A DNA stretch of 64,000 nucleotides from Piromyces finnis finn (lineage: Eukaryota > Fungi > Neocallimastigomycota). The stretch covers positions 744,001-808,000 of the forward strand of contig MCFH01000007.1 in assembly GCA_002104945.1 (NCBI GenBank), written 5' to 3'. Of the stretch, positions 49,799-63,200 are shown piece by piece (position 1 is the stretch's first letter; each line of letters starts with the position of its first letter). A program made the position numbers and the translations under genes. The notes beneath the pieces are model-generated. The model did not search any database. It was not told the origin of the DNA and saw nothing but the letters and a program-made list of their open reading frames with translations.

Positions 49799-52191
49799 TT
49801 AATTATTATCACTACTACTGTCATCATCATCGCCAAATACATCATTATAATAATCATCATCGTCATCATCTAAGTAGTTATAAAAAAAAAAAAAAAATTA
49901 TTTAGTTAATCTGACAGATATATATTACTAATTACAGTTATAAAATATTTTTAAAGGAGTACCTATATCATTACTATTCTCAACACTGCTATTATTAACT
50001 GATAAATTCTTCATTAATTCCTTTATACTTTTATTTATACTTTCAGCTGTTGTACTTGCTGATTGTTCAGTTTCATTATCTTCTTCACTCTCTTCATAAT
50101 CACTTTCTATATCATCCACATTTTCATTATTATTGTTATCTTCCATTAATTTTTGTACTTTTCTTCTTAATTCTTCTCTTATTTTATCTAGTTTTTGTCT
50201 CGTATACCAACCATCTCTATCCTTTAATAAAATAAAATTTTAATAATATTCTATATTTATATATTAATATTTATTAAATAACGCTATTATTACATTAAAT
50301 TCTTTAAGAAGACCCTTTTTAGTATGAACCATTTTTTTTAATTTTGCATCAGACAAATCACAAAGTTGATATATAATATTTCCACTAAATGTTTTTCCAT
50401 TAAAAATATGAGATATTATATTTCTTTTTGGTTTACTATTTATAAATATTAAAAAAAAAAAAAAAAAAAAAAAATGTTAATATGATTATTTGATATAAAA
50501 ATAATTAAAGCGTATTTAATACATCATTGATATATACTTTTCTTTTGGTGTATTTCGTCCTAATGAAATATTTAAAAATAATTTTGATGATTCTGATTCA
50601 TTAATATTATGACGTTTTGCTCTATTTAATGGTCTTGGACCTTTGATATTACGTATATCCATTGTTTGATAAATTCTAAACTCATCACTTATTCTTGGAT
50701 CAACACCATATTTAATCCAACAATCTCTGAATGCCCCATGAACTACTGTATATGAAACCAAAGGTAAAAGTTGTTTTATTCTTTTAATACTATCTTCTGA
50801 TAAATTGTTTACTAATGCAATCCTACTCCATACTGGTCTTTTATCAAATAATTCTGATATTTCATTAACATAGGTACTAGAAATATATTTTGAATGAGCT
50901 GTTGCGGCAGCTGGAGGTTTTGTTGGGATTTGACAATTTGGATCAGATAAATCCACTGTTGCAATAATTAATTTTGTTTTTTTAGATCTATTAATTAATT
51001 TCAAAACAGGCTATATATAGATTTTATATAAATACAATTATTAAAAATATTTAAATAAATTTATATTATTATCAATATTTAAGTTTTTTCTTTTTTTTTT
51101 TTTATAAAGTATGGTTATTATAATCATATTATTTTTCTTTATCACTCTTTATAATATGTATATAAAATACCTCTTCGTCCTTCTTCTTAACAAATACTTT
51201 AACAACTGAAGTTAATTGAAGATATCTAATTAATTTTTAAAATTGTTAATATTATAATGAAATGTTAGTAAAAAAAAAAAAAAAAAAAAAAAGTAAGAAT
51301 ATTGTATAATATTAAATTATAAATTCTTTGTATTAATCATTACCCATAATTTTGTGGCCACTCAATACTAGTAAATACAGGTGCCGGTATATTACATAAT
51401 TCATTTTTATTATTATCTGTTATATTTTTATAGCTTTCCAATTTATCAACTATAACAATACATTTATAAATAATAAAGATATTTAATTTTAAATATATTG
51501 ATATTATATACATATAATTAAGCAGTATTATTAAAATGTTATTTAAATAAAATAATGTAATTACCATCTAAATCTTTTATTGCTTTTGCTAATTTTGGCA
51601 TATCATAAGAGAATTTTGGAATTATTTGATAATCAGACATTCCTATTAAAATTACATTTATCGATATTAATAATTTTTTTGAGAAATATAATAAAAAATA
51701 TAAATACTGAATTTTTGTTTAATTAACATAAATTTAAGAAAAAAAAAGTTATTATTTTAATACCTCTAAAACGTCCAACTTTCGTTACAACTCCAACAAT
51801 TTTATATGAAATTTCCCATGGACCAGGTTTCTCCCCTGGTTTCTTTGCCTTCTTTCTTCTTCTTGTAATTTTTAACAAAGGATTAACTGTTTTCATAATT
51901 TCACCATTAATTGGATGACAAAATGGGCTTGTGGGTCTATAACGCAATTCTAAAACACTTGAATCTTTAAATGCCTAAATGTATTAAACATTGGAATTTA
52001 TTGAGTTTAAATATATTAGAGAAAACCTCTTTATAAATTAATACTAAAAATTACTTGACAAATTGATTCCATTCCACCAAGCATTTTATAAACTTTATTA
52101 ATATCTTTAACATAGCCAGGAAATTCTATTGAACAATATTCCTTTAAAGGAAAAGGATAAATTTGTGCCTCTTTATATTTTAATCCATTCT

Positions 52192-52195
<4 letters not shown>
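49799..52195 (-). CDS. TFC1: RNA polymerase III transcription factor IIIC subunit tau95 (Tfc1/GTF3C5), multi-exon
   Basis: CSIEFPGYVKDINKVYKMLGG; LRYRPTSPFCHPINGE; KIVGVVTKVGRFRGMSDYQ; PAPVFTSIEWPQNY; ELFDKRPVWSRIAL; LPLVSY...GAFRDCWIKYGVDPR; YQTMDIR; IIYQLCDL; DGWY; acidic C-terminus. Confidence 0.92.
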
Positions 52196-52222
<27 letters not shown>

Positions 52223-52224
52223 AT

Positions 52225-52257
<33 letters not shown>

Positions 52258-52546
52258 TTATATTTATACTTTAAAATTTTAATTAATGATTTAAAAAAAA
52301 ATAGTATATTTATTTTCAATTATAAATATAATATTGTTGAAGTATGCTATTATAATGACAATAAAAAAATTAAAGCATAATGTAATATTCAAAATTTGAT
52401 ATTTTAAAAAATTTTAATATCTAAATTAATCTTTACATATGAATAAATATTTCTCTCTCTTATTGGTTGATTTGATATTAATATTAAATATATATAAAAT
52501 ATAATGGCATATTGATATAAACTTAATACTATAATTAAAAAAAAAT

Positions 52547-53436
52547 ATGGATAAAAGTAAAGGTATATGAATTGAATATATAAAATAAAAATAAGTATTT
52601 TATAAAGTCATTAAATAAATTAACAATAAAATATAATATAAATATTAATTAGAAGATATTTTAAAAAATAATATAAATATTGAAGAAATTGAAAAAAATA
52701 AGCAAATTGAAAAAGAGTCAATGGAAGAAACTAAAAACAATAATGAAAATAATAATGAAATTGAAATAAATAATAATGATATTATAACCAATAATGACAC
52801 AAACAATAATGATGATAATAATAATATAGAGGACAGTATTTTTGATGATGATTTTTCATTTAAAAGTAAAGAAAGTAACGATAATTCAGATATTGAAAAT
52901 GAAATGGATGACCCTTATTCAGGGTATATGCCATTAAATGGATATTGTTTATTAGACGATGACGAAGAAAATGAAGATTGTAATAATATAGATGAAGAGA
53001 AAGAAAAGGTAAACATGCATACATTTTTCAGAATAATATAGATATAAATAAAAATTAAAATTATTTTTATAATTCATTATTATAATAATTATGTATTATT
53101 AAATTCCCTTTTTATATATTAATTGCTGTTAATGTTATCATCTTAAAAATTTCTATAATGATATTATAAATTGTAAAAGGCATTAAAAAAAAATAAATTA
53201 GTCATTGAAGCTACAAAAGATAGTAAAATATCAGAAGGTATAATAATAATATAATAAAAAATTTATTTTATATATCCTTTTTTATTAATATAATAATTTA
53301 TTAAAAATAATTAGACGATTTAAATATAATAAATTCTGTTATGTCAAAAATTAGTATACCAGAAAGCTCTATACCAGAATGGGCTAAAAAAATACCTGAA
53401 GAGTTATGGATGCCCGAAGTTATTAATAAAGAATAA
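52547..53436 (+). CDS. MEA1: Male-enhanced antigen 1 (MEA1)-like acidic protein; 4 exons
   Basis: Acidic protein with GYMPLN (compare GYSYQPLN in human MEA1) and a C-terminal IINSVMSKISIPESSIPEWAKKIPEELW, matching the MEA1 'M..vslP...iP.WA..i....W' motif. Confidence 0.75.
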
Positions 53437-53559
53437 TTAAAACAACTATTGTACTTAAATAATCTCTGTAATATGTAAAAAGTCTACTAATAATAAAATA
53501 AGCAAAAAAAAATATATTAATAATTTCATTCAAAAATGTTAAACTTCCAAACAAAATAT

Positions 53560-54140
53560 AGTTCTAAAATAAATTTAGTAATGAGCTAAATGATTAACTA
53601 CAATAAAAAACTAACCATAGTCTTAATAACAACATTATCCTAATGTGTTAAACTCTCATAACCCTTATCTTTTAATAACGCATTACTTAATTCATAAACA
53701 CCTTTTTTAATCTCTACAAATAAATTTTAATTCTAAAAACCAGCAACTTTTCTAATATCTTCATTTATATATATATAGTTTTCAATAATATTCATTTATA
53801 TATATTTCCACTTTTCCACTAAACAATGCATTTTAAATTATATACCCCACTTATTATCAAAATTATTCTTCTAAATTTCATCTAATATTTTATATTTTTT
53901 CTTTAATTACATTTCAAATGAAATTTTAGCATTATTTGAATTTCCCTTTATTTTCCTGTATTTTAATTAATAATTTCTGATATTCTGACTTTCGTTCCAT
54001 TTTTAAATTTACTTCTTTTAAAAATATTTATACACTAATACTATCTTCATAACACAAAATTAATACACAAAACACTGTAAATGTTTGCATAATATTTGTC
54101 ATAAGAATCTTCCCATTTAAGTTTGAAAACAAAATTTAAT
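53560..54140 (-). pseudogene. Possible decayed coding relic (retroelement-like fragment)
   Basis: Coding-like composition with strand asymmetry between convergent 3' ends. Fragmentary frames (KWEDSYDKYY, MERKSEYQKLLIKIQENKG, FVEIKKGVYELSNALLKDKGY) are broken by many stops and frameshifts. The family cannot be assigned. Confidence 0.22.
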
Positions 54141-54184
54141 ATATTTAAATTTTATTACTGCATAGTATTTTGCAATTAAGAAAA

Positions 54185-54787
54185 TTATTCTTCACGAACA
54201 ATTTGGGAAGCGATTAAATCTAAGCTCTTGCGACCGTTTTGAGTAATACGACGACCACTACAGTATTTGAAATATAAAAACTGTTATTATCTTGCAACAT
54301 GATTTTATTTTTAAAATACGTAATTTAAATATATTATAATTACCCGTTGTTGTCCTTTTCAAGAAGATCCATCTTTTCTAAACCTTGGACGATCTTTCTT
54401 AAAATGTTACCGGAAGCATCAGCGTGGTGGGATGGACGAGTACCACGGTTACAAGTGCTACCATGCTTCTTACGGAGAGCACCAATACCAACACCTTGGC
54501 GGAGGTAGATATGGCGAGCGATGGAAGCTTTTAAAAAAAATAATATTAATTATTTATTATTAATAATTAAAAATTGTTTATAACTGAATTATGTTGTATT
54601 TTTATGATAACTTACCGGCACGGATGTAGTACCAATCTTGGTCGTATGGAGCAAGTTCCTTGAAAGTGGCGGTTTTAACAAGGTCAACCCATTTTGGGAC
54701 ATCTAACTTACCAGTCTTTTTGAGGTAGGCAGCGTAGGCCTTAACGAAAACGTGTGGGTTAACGTCTTTGACAGTTGTTCCAGCCAT
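54185..54787 (-). CDS. RPS19: 40S ribosomal protein S19 (eS19); exons 54787-54616, 54529-54343, about 54258-54185
   Basis: [57 protein letters not shown] | [23 protein letters not shown]...[22 protein letters not shown]...DNNG | [23 protein letters not shown]. Confidence 0.98.
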
Positions 54788-55076
54788 ATCTTTATAATAT
54801 AAATATTATGAAATTTTAATTATATTAATAACAGTTCAAGTTTATAAATAATCATTTAATCATTAAATACAATTAGCATTAAATCATATCCATTTTAATG
54901 GCATATATTTTATGTTCAACAACAGCCATACATAATAAAATAGCATATATGATTTTAATATTAGGACAACAAAAGCCAGAACATTTATTAATTCAAAATT
55001 AAAAACCCAAAATTATAAAATAATTCATCCATCATTTAATTAATATTAATCATAAAATAATTCATTCATCAATTAC

Positions 55077-55108
55077 CTAATATAATTTATGCTTGCAAAA
55101 GAAAAGAG
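55077..55108 (-). promoter_or_regulatory. Putative non-coding first exon of RPS19 starting with an oligopyrimidine (TOP-like) tract CTCTTTTCTTTT
   Basis: The minus strand reads ctcttttcttttgcaagcataaattatattag|GTAATT (donor at 55076). An acceptor AG sits at 54791-54790, 2 nt before the ATG. Confidence 0.5.
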
Positions 55109-58100
55109 TGTTAAAAATTTTTGAAATATTGGTCCAATTAGTCATTTAAAGTGTATGTGGCTTAAAATGATTCTATTGGAAGATAAATTTTTATCCAATC
55201 TAGTTTTAATATTTTATTACATGTAATGTAGATTTACATATAAATGTACATTTAATATAAGTATAAAAAAATTAAAGGGTTATATTATAAATAATTTATA
55301 AAAACTATTTTTATTTTATATATTATTAAAAAGTAATTCTTAAAAAAAAAAAAATGTTTGAATAGAAATAAAAATCAAATTATAAGAGAATATAAATGAT
55401 TTAATTCAATTTATTACCAAATTATTACAAAGATACTTTTAAATACAATGTTTTATCAATTTCATTAATTTTAATTCATTTTATTAATAATCATAACAAG
55501 ACTACTAGATTATAATTAACTTTAAATGATCCTAAAAAAATTGTGATTAAATAAAAGAAAAATCTATATATAATAGTAATCTTAATAATTTAAATATCAA
55601 TATATGTAAAATAAATAATATATTTTGTTTTTTAGTATTCCTTTTTAAGTTGTAAATACATTATTATTTTTAGCATTAAATATTGAAGAATCTAATTGTT
55701 TTTTTTTTTTCAATTTGCAATATAGTTTAAAAATTTTGATTACTTAAAAAGATGTTAAAATACCGTAAATTCTATTTTTAGTTTTTCCCGAAATCTTATT
55801 AAAATTATAAATATTGGTGTTATTTAGTAAATTCTAAAGTATTTCTTTGGTATATTTAATTGTTTAAAAGCATTAGTATAGTTAAATAGGCAATTTTATA
55901 TATATATATATAAAATAAAAAGATATATAAAACATTTCTAAAACATTCATTAATTATTATCTTTATTTCCTTCAAGTCTTATAATAATTTAAAAAAAAAA
56001 AAAATTATATATTACATACATTTTTCATATTAGTTTTTATTTAATTGTATAATTTATACATAGTAAATTTTATATAAAATAAAATTAAAATACTGTCAAA
56101 ATTTTAATTAAAAACAAAATAAAAAAAAAAAAAGAATCAAATATTATTTGTGTATTTGTGTATTTGTGTTATATATTATTAAAAAATATAAACATACTTT
56201 TGTAATGAAAATAAATTGACCTAAAGTATTATTAATGTTTTATAATTATTTATATTTATTTATGTTATTTGTCGAAAAGAAAGCATGTATAATAAGTTTT
56301 AATTAATAATTTGTTGAGCTAATAACTAAAAAAAATTTAATGCTTTTTTATGAATTAACAAAAAATATTAAGGAAAAAAAGAAATTGAAAGAAAATTATC
56401 AAATCAATTTTTTTTTTGTTTTATAGTATTTTAAGTGTTGTTTATGCAATTAAAAATTGTTATTATTATATATATTTCTTTTTAATAATTAAAAATAATC
56501 TATTTTTTTATGAACAATAGTAAAAAAAAAAAGTATCATAATATGTCATTATAAAAAAAACTAAATAATTCTTAATGTAAATCGATTGACGATTTTAAAT
56601 ATGTTAATAATGTTTATATATATATATTACTATTTTAAATCGTAATTTTTATAAAATAACGTTTTATCTTTATATACATGTAAAAAAAAGATTGTCATTT
56701 AATATAATCTTAATAATAGTAAAATTAGAATCATTCATTCAATTTTTAATTGAAATATTATTAAAAAGTTTAAAATGGCATTATATAAAGAAATAATTAG
56801 CAAATATATTATAATTATTTAATAGGATTGATATGAATGCTTCAACAACTAATAAAATATAATAATATTATTATAATAAAATAAAAACAATAGCAGTAAC
56901 TCTATATATTTTTGTTATCAAGATTATTTAAAATCATTCCTAACTAAAAAAAAAAAAACTTTTTCACAATACCAACAACAACTATTTCCAAAAAAAATAA
57001 AGGTTAAGTTTGATTTAAAAAAAAAAAAAAAAAAAACACCTTTATTTTTGATATTAAATAAGGTTTTAATTAATTCCAAAAATGTTTAATTAATTAGTAT
57101 AATTTAGGAAATGATTTATTAAAAATTAATTAGTTTTTTGTATATTAAATTGATGTAATAATATAATATATGATATATTTAATTAGATAATATATTATTG
57201 TAATCCTCATAAATATAAAGCGTAATAGATATTAAACTTTTCTGTATTATTTTTCCACAAAAAATAATTTTTTTTTTTTAAATAACAGTATTTTAAAATC
57301 AATGTTAAATAGAATAAAAAGAATATATAATATCATTATTTAATTTTACATTATATTATTTAATTCTAAAATATTTAATAATCAATATACTTGTAATAAA
57401 TGTAATATAATATAATTAATAAAAAAACAATAACTTATTTTTTCTTTAACTTTCAATAAAAACTTTTATCCTTTTATTATTGGTCCATAAAATTAATATT
57501 AATTTTGATCTAATAACATTTAAATTAATAAAAGTTTTCTAATAATATTAAAAATACTATAAATTGAAATATTTATACTTTATTTTTCTCTTTCTTTTTT
57601 TTTTTACGCTTTTAATATTTATAAATTCTCTAGAGATATATGAAGTAGTAAAATAAATGATACTGAAATAATTACTTATATATTAATATTAAAAAAAAAA
57701 AAAAGGAAAAACGAAATGAACTATAAATTATAAAAAATTAAAAAATACAATAAATAAAAATACGAAGAATTTTAATACAAATGTATTTACTTGAAAATTT
57801 GATGTTTTATATATATACTAGAATAATGTAATACAATAAAATAGATTATATAGGAAATATTTATTTAAAAATAATCGTTTGAAAATTAAAAAATATTAAA
57901 GTCAAATTTTTTATATATGTATATATTAAATAATATATATGTAAAATAATAAAAAACGATAAATAATAAAGTAATATAATGCCAATACTAATATAAAAAA
58001 ATATTATACTTGAATAAAAGTAAAAAAAGAAAGATTAGTAATTAATATTTTATTATTAAATAATAAATAATAATAAGATTTCTATAGCTCAATAGAAGAT

Positions 58101-59202
58101 ATTATATTTTATATTTTATTAATCTTTTAATATTTATAATAAATAGAAAAGTTATATTTATTTATAATTTATAGTTATTTATTTATTTTTTTGAAAAATA
58201 AAACTTTAATAATATAAAACAAAACAAATTATTTTATTTAACAACAACGTTCTAGTAATATTTATCAATATATTGAGTTAAGATTTTGTTTAGTACAATA
58301 ATAGTATTAAATTAAAAAAAATTAATAATTTCAATTTTAATGTTTTATAAATATTTGGTAGAAATCAAGGTATAGAATACACCTCATAAATTATATTTAT
58401 TAATATTAAATATAAATACTTAATATTTTATAATATTTAAATTTTTTATGCTGTAAATATAGTACTACGAATATTTATTTTTTTTAAAAAAGGGAATTAA
58501 TACTGTTTAAAAAAATATCTTTCTACTCTGCTGCAAGAGAAAAAGGTAAACAAAATTGATTTTATTATTAATAATATAGTATTCGATATCTTAGTTATCA
58601 ATTATTGAATAAATCATGATTTTTTTTAAATAATGGAAACCATAAACAATAGTAACACTACACTAAAAAAAAAAAAGATTGGATATTAAATAATTAAATA
58701 ATAATAAGAAATTAATTGATTATTATTAAATTATTAAATGGAAAATGGATTGAATAATAGTAACAATTAAAATAAAAAATAAAAATAGTAAAAATAACAA
58801 TAATAATTATTATTTTTCTTCCTTTATCTCTACCTCATTTTTAAATAACAAAAAATTAATGAAAATGAAAATTAATTAATAAATCATCAAAAAAATTAAA
58901 GTTTCATTTAAATTAATATTTATATATTTTGATATAAAATTCATTGGTGGATAATATATGACTTGTTGAAATCAATATAATATTAATTAATAAATAAGAC
59001 TTTATTAAAAAAAATAAAAACATAAATGGTAATCCATTAAAACAATAATAATACTATTTAATATGGAAAAGGAATAATTATATATTTAAATTCAACCTTT
59101 CAAAAACCTTATTTATATAAAAATATTATATAAAGAAAAAAAAATCTCTTTTTTTTTTACCTAAAAAAAGTTAAAAGATAGTGGTATCTTTAACTATTTA
59201 TT

Positions 59203-59236
<34 letters not shown>

Positions 59237-60260
59237 ACAAAAAAAAAAAAAATTATATATATTATATTATATTATATTATTTATTATATATGTTAATTTA
59301 CATTATTATACAACTCACTTCATTGTACATATAAAACAGAAGTAGTATATACAACATTATTATCATAATATACTTTTATCTTGTAATTACTGTAGCATAA
59401 ACCTTAAATTTATTATTTAAAATATAGTAAAAAAAAAAAAATACAGCTTCTACATCCATTTTTTTGAATAAAATTATCATATTTTCCTAATTGTTATCCA
59501 GATATACATATACATAGAAGTATTAATAATAAAATAATATAAAAAATTATATAATTATCAAAAAAAAAAAAAAAAAGGTACTACTTTACATCCTTTAAGT
59601 TTTTCAAATAATAGTAATAATAATAATAATGATACTAAAAATTTCCTCTCAACATTTAATTTATTTTTTGTATATAGAAAATTTTGTTATATTTGTCTGA
59701 AAATAATTTCAGTCATATTTAATTTTGTATTCTCATATAATAAGTAAGTAAAAATTATATAAAATATATAAATAATAAATAATAACTTTTTAATAAAAAA
59801 TAAATCATATATATATATACAATATACTTTATATTGAATAGACTGAATAAAAGAAGAAAAAAAAGTATAAGAGAAAATATTTATATTTTAATAATATTAT
59901 TTTTTATTATTGAAAATAAAAAAGGATAGTATCTAATAATTAGTATAATACACCAAGTATTTATAATTAATTAGATACATATAAAATTATAAAATAATCT
60001 TTGATTATATTTAAATTAACACTATATTTATTAAAAAGAAATTTTTTAAAAAAAAAAAAAACTATGAAAAAATAATTTATAGTTTTTTAGTATTTTTGTT
60101 TAAAATAATAATTTATTAAGTAAAAATTAAGTAATATTTTTATTACTTTAAATATTTGGAAAGAAAAAAAAAAGAATATTTTTATTCTTACTATAATATA
60201 TATAATTTAACACTTTAAATTATATATATAAAAGTTTTGTTTATAAATTTATTAAAGCAA

Positions 60261-63200
60261 ATGATAAAGAATTTATCTTTTAGTCAAAATCAGGAAATCT
60301 GTTCCAAAAATTGGGATAGTAATAATGTATCAGAATATCTAAAAGAAAGTAGTTTCGATCTAAACTCTGAAGATAGGATAAAAATAAAAAATAATACTTC
60401 TCATGAAATTGAAAAAAAATGTTTACAAGAGAGTATTAAAAAAAAGGAAATTTTAAATAAAAATTTTAATTCTAATAATAGGTTAAAGAAAAAAAAAAGT
60501 GAAACATCTTCAATAATTATACCATCTTCTGCTCCAACTAGTTCACCTATCGATATCATTGCTAAAAATAAAAAGAGTAAAAATTTATCAAAATCAAATA
60601 TAATAATGAAAAATATTTCTAATAACTATGGAATGAAAAATTTTGATAATAAAAATTTTAGTTGTAGTGTTGATGATATTTATAAAATCGAACCAAAATC
60701 AGAGTTTAAAGCAAAAACTCAGCTTTTAAAATCTTTAGTTGAAACTATTGAAGATGACACAGAAGATACATGTTATGACATTGAATACAGTGAAAGAAGT
60801 TTTATTGATAATTTATCTATTTGTAAGTCAACTTCAAATGGTATTGTTTCGGAATCACTAAATGCACCATCTGTTTCAGAAATTACTGTTACCCCAGCAG
60901 TAGTTTCCATTATTAATACTAAATCTGAAATAAATGATTTAAAGCAAGATTTGGAACGTTACTCAAAAAATACTATCAATGAAAATAAAAATAATAAAAG
61001 TAAATTTTTCAGTAAAAAATTCTTTAGTCGTTTTAAATCTTTTGGATGGTTCGATTCTCAAAAACGTAATAATAAAAAATCTAGTCTTTCACAGTCATCA
61101 ACTATTAATTACTCAGTTACCATAAGTAATTTGGAAGAAATTAGTACCAACAGTAGTAGTAATAGTATAAAAGACCAAACTGATAACGAAAAAAGTGAAA
61201 TCACTCTTGTATCTTCTCGAAACTGTAATTTTGAATTCACTGCTTTAAATAGCGATTCACTTAGCTCAAAAGATAGTGATATTTCAAAAACTTTCATCAT
61301 TAATAATTCTTCAAAATTATCAAATGAAAAATTAAATGAAAAAGAAAACAATGAAAAATGTGTTTTGAACAATAATATACTATCAAATGATTCAAAAATT
61401 TCCAATGAATTTAACGATAATGACGAAGATAAAAATAAAGAAACTATTATTTCAGAAACCAAATTTAAATCCAACAAAAATAATTTATTTTTACAAAATA
61501 ATTCTGATGATTCATCATTGTTTTCAAGTTCTTCATTAAACGATAACGCTGTATCTCTCAGTGATATACCTATTACTGTTAGTAATGATGATAATGATTA
61601 TAATCTAAAAGAAAATGTTGATGCTCTAGATAAAATAGAGAATTTTGATGAAGCTCAAATTTTAAGTACAAGTAGTCCAAAATTTGAAGTAGAAAGCGAA
61701 AACAAATTAAAAAACAATATTGGTGATGATATTACTGATGATTTAAACGTAATTTCTAATATTCCAATGAACATGGATGAAATAGAGTATATCGAAGAAA
61801 AAATTGAAGAAAATTTGGAAAATGAAATCTCATCAACTTCATCAAATATGACATCCCCTTCCAACATAGGAATCTTAGAATATGAAACAGAAAGTGAAGT
61901 GGATGCCATTCAAAAAATGAGTAATTACGATTCTGATATTGAAGTTGAAATTATAGCCATTTCATCTCCATCTGAAGATAATGAAAATAGTTTTAATGAT
62001 GACAGTATTAATCCACCATCAAATTCTAAAGGAAATAATAATTTTATTAATGAAAGTAAAACTGACAATATCGAAATTAACCATTTAGATTTTGAATCAA
62101 TAAAAGTTGATGCTGAAACCAATAACACTCTTTCTAACGATACTCAAAATTATTTATATCGTATGAACAATTCAATGATAACTCAAATAGATGGAAAGGA
62201 AAATGAATCGGAAAATTTCCTATATAATCTTACCAACAATAAATTAGATGAAAATTTACAAAAAAACAATATTATTGATGATACAAATGATTTAATCAAA
62301 AATGATAAAGATTTGTATCTTAATAGCACTGGCTTATTATCGTCGTCTTTATCAAATGATAAAGTCATTTTAAGCAATAAGCAAACACTTTACAACGATA
62401 ATGGCCTAAACGATAACAATAATAATAATAATAATAATAAAATAAATACTGAATTACCTATATCAAATATTATACCACTTTCAATTAACAATACTAATTT
62501 ATCAACTACTACTACAAATATAAATTTATCACATGACAATACATTAAATACCAATATAGACATACCAGAAACATCTACATTTACTTTATCAAGTAAAACC
62601 TCTAATATTACACCATCCCCAACCTTAAATAAAATATTACCAATAAATAACAATGATAATAATTATTTATTATCAGAATCACCATCAAGTATTAGCATAC
62701 CTATTGATGACGACAATAAAAATAATTCATTATTAAATAATGAAAATACTGAATCAACAACAATTCAATCAGAATTTATTGATAGCAAAAAGAATGAAAA
62801 GAGTTTGTTAATCCCAAAAGAAAAGGATACAGATATAAATAATACTGATAACCCTAATTACATAAATTTAAAACAAAACCTTTATGATGATGTTGATATA
62901 AAAAATTACCAATGTTCTTCTGAACAATCAACTGACATCGTAATAGATAGTTTAAATGAAAGTATGAATGACGAATTTAAAACTACTACCACCTTGGAAA
63001 AAGAAGAAACTTTAATAAGTAAAGAAAATCCAATTGGAGTTGCAGAATCATCTTCCAAAAACGATACTAATTCGGAAATTTCTAAAGAGAGTACTATTTC
63101 TAACGAAAATATAGATGAAGATGATAATAACAATGATACAAAAAATGAAATAAAAAAAGAAGAGGTGGAAAAATGCAAGGATATGAATAAAACAGGTATA

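Noticed and set aside
55110-60250. Hidden gene, RNA gene or mobile element in the 5-kb intergenic region
   Set aside because: About 90% AT with only homopolymers and short microsatellites; no terminal repeats, tRNA or rRNA motifs, or coherent exons were found.
60310-60390. SAM domain at the start of the last ORF (WDSNNVSEYLKES)
   Set aside because: Only the first-helix-like motif is present; the following I(D/T)G..LL.L core is missing.
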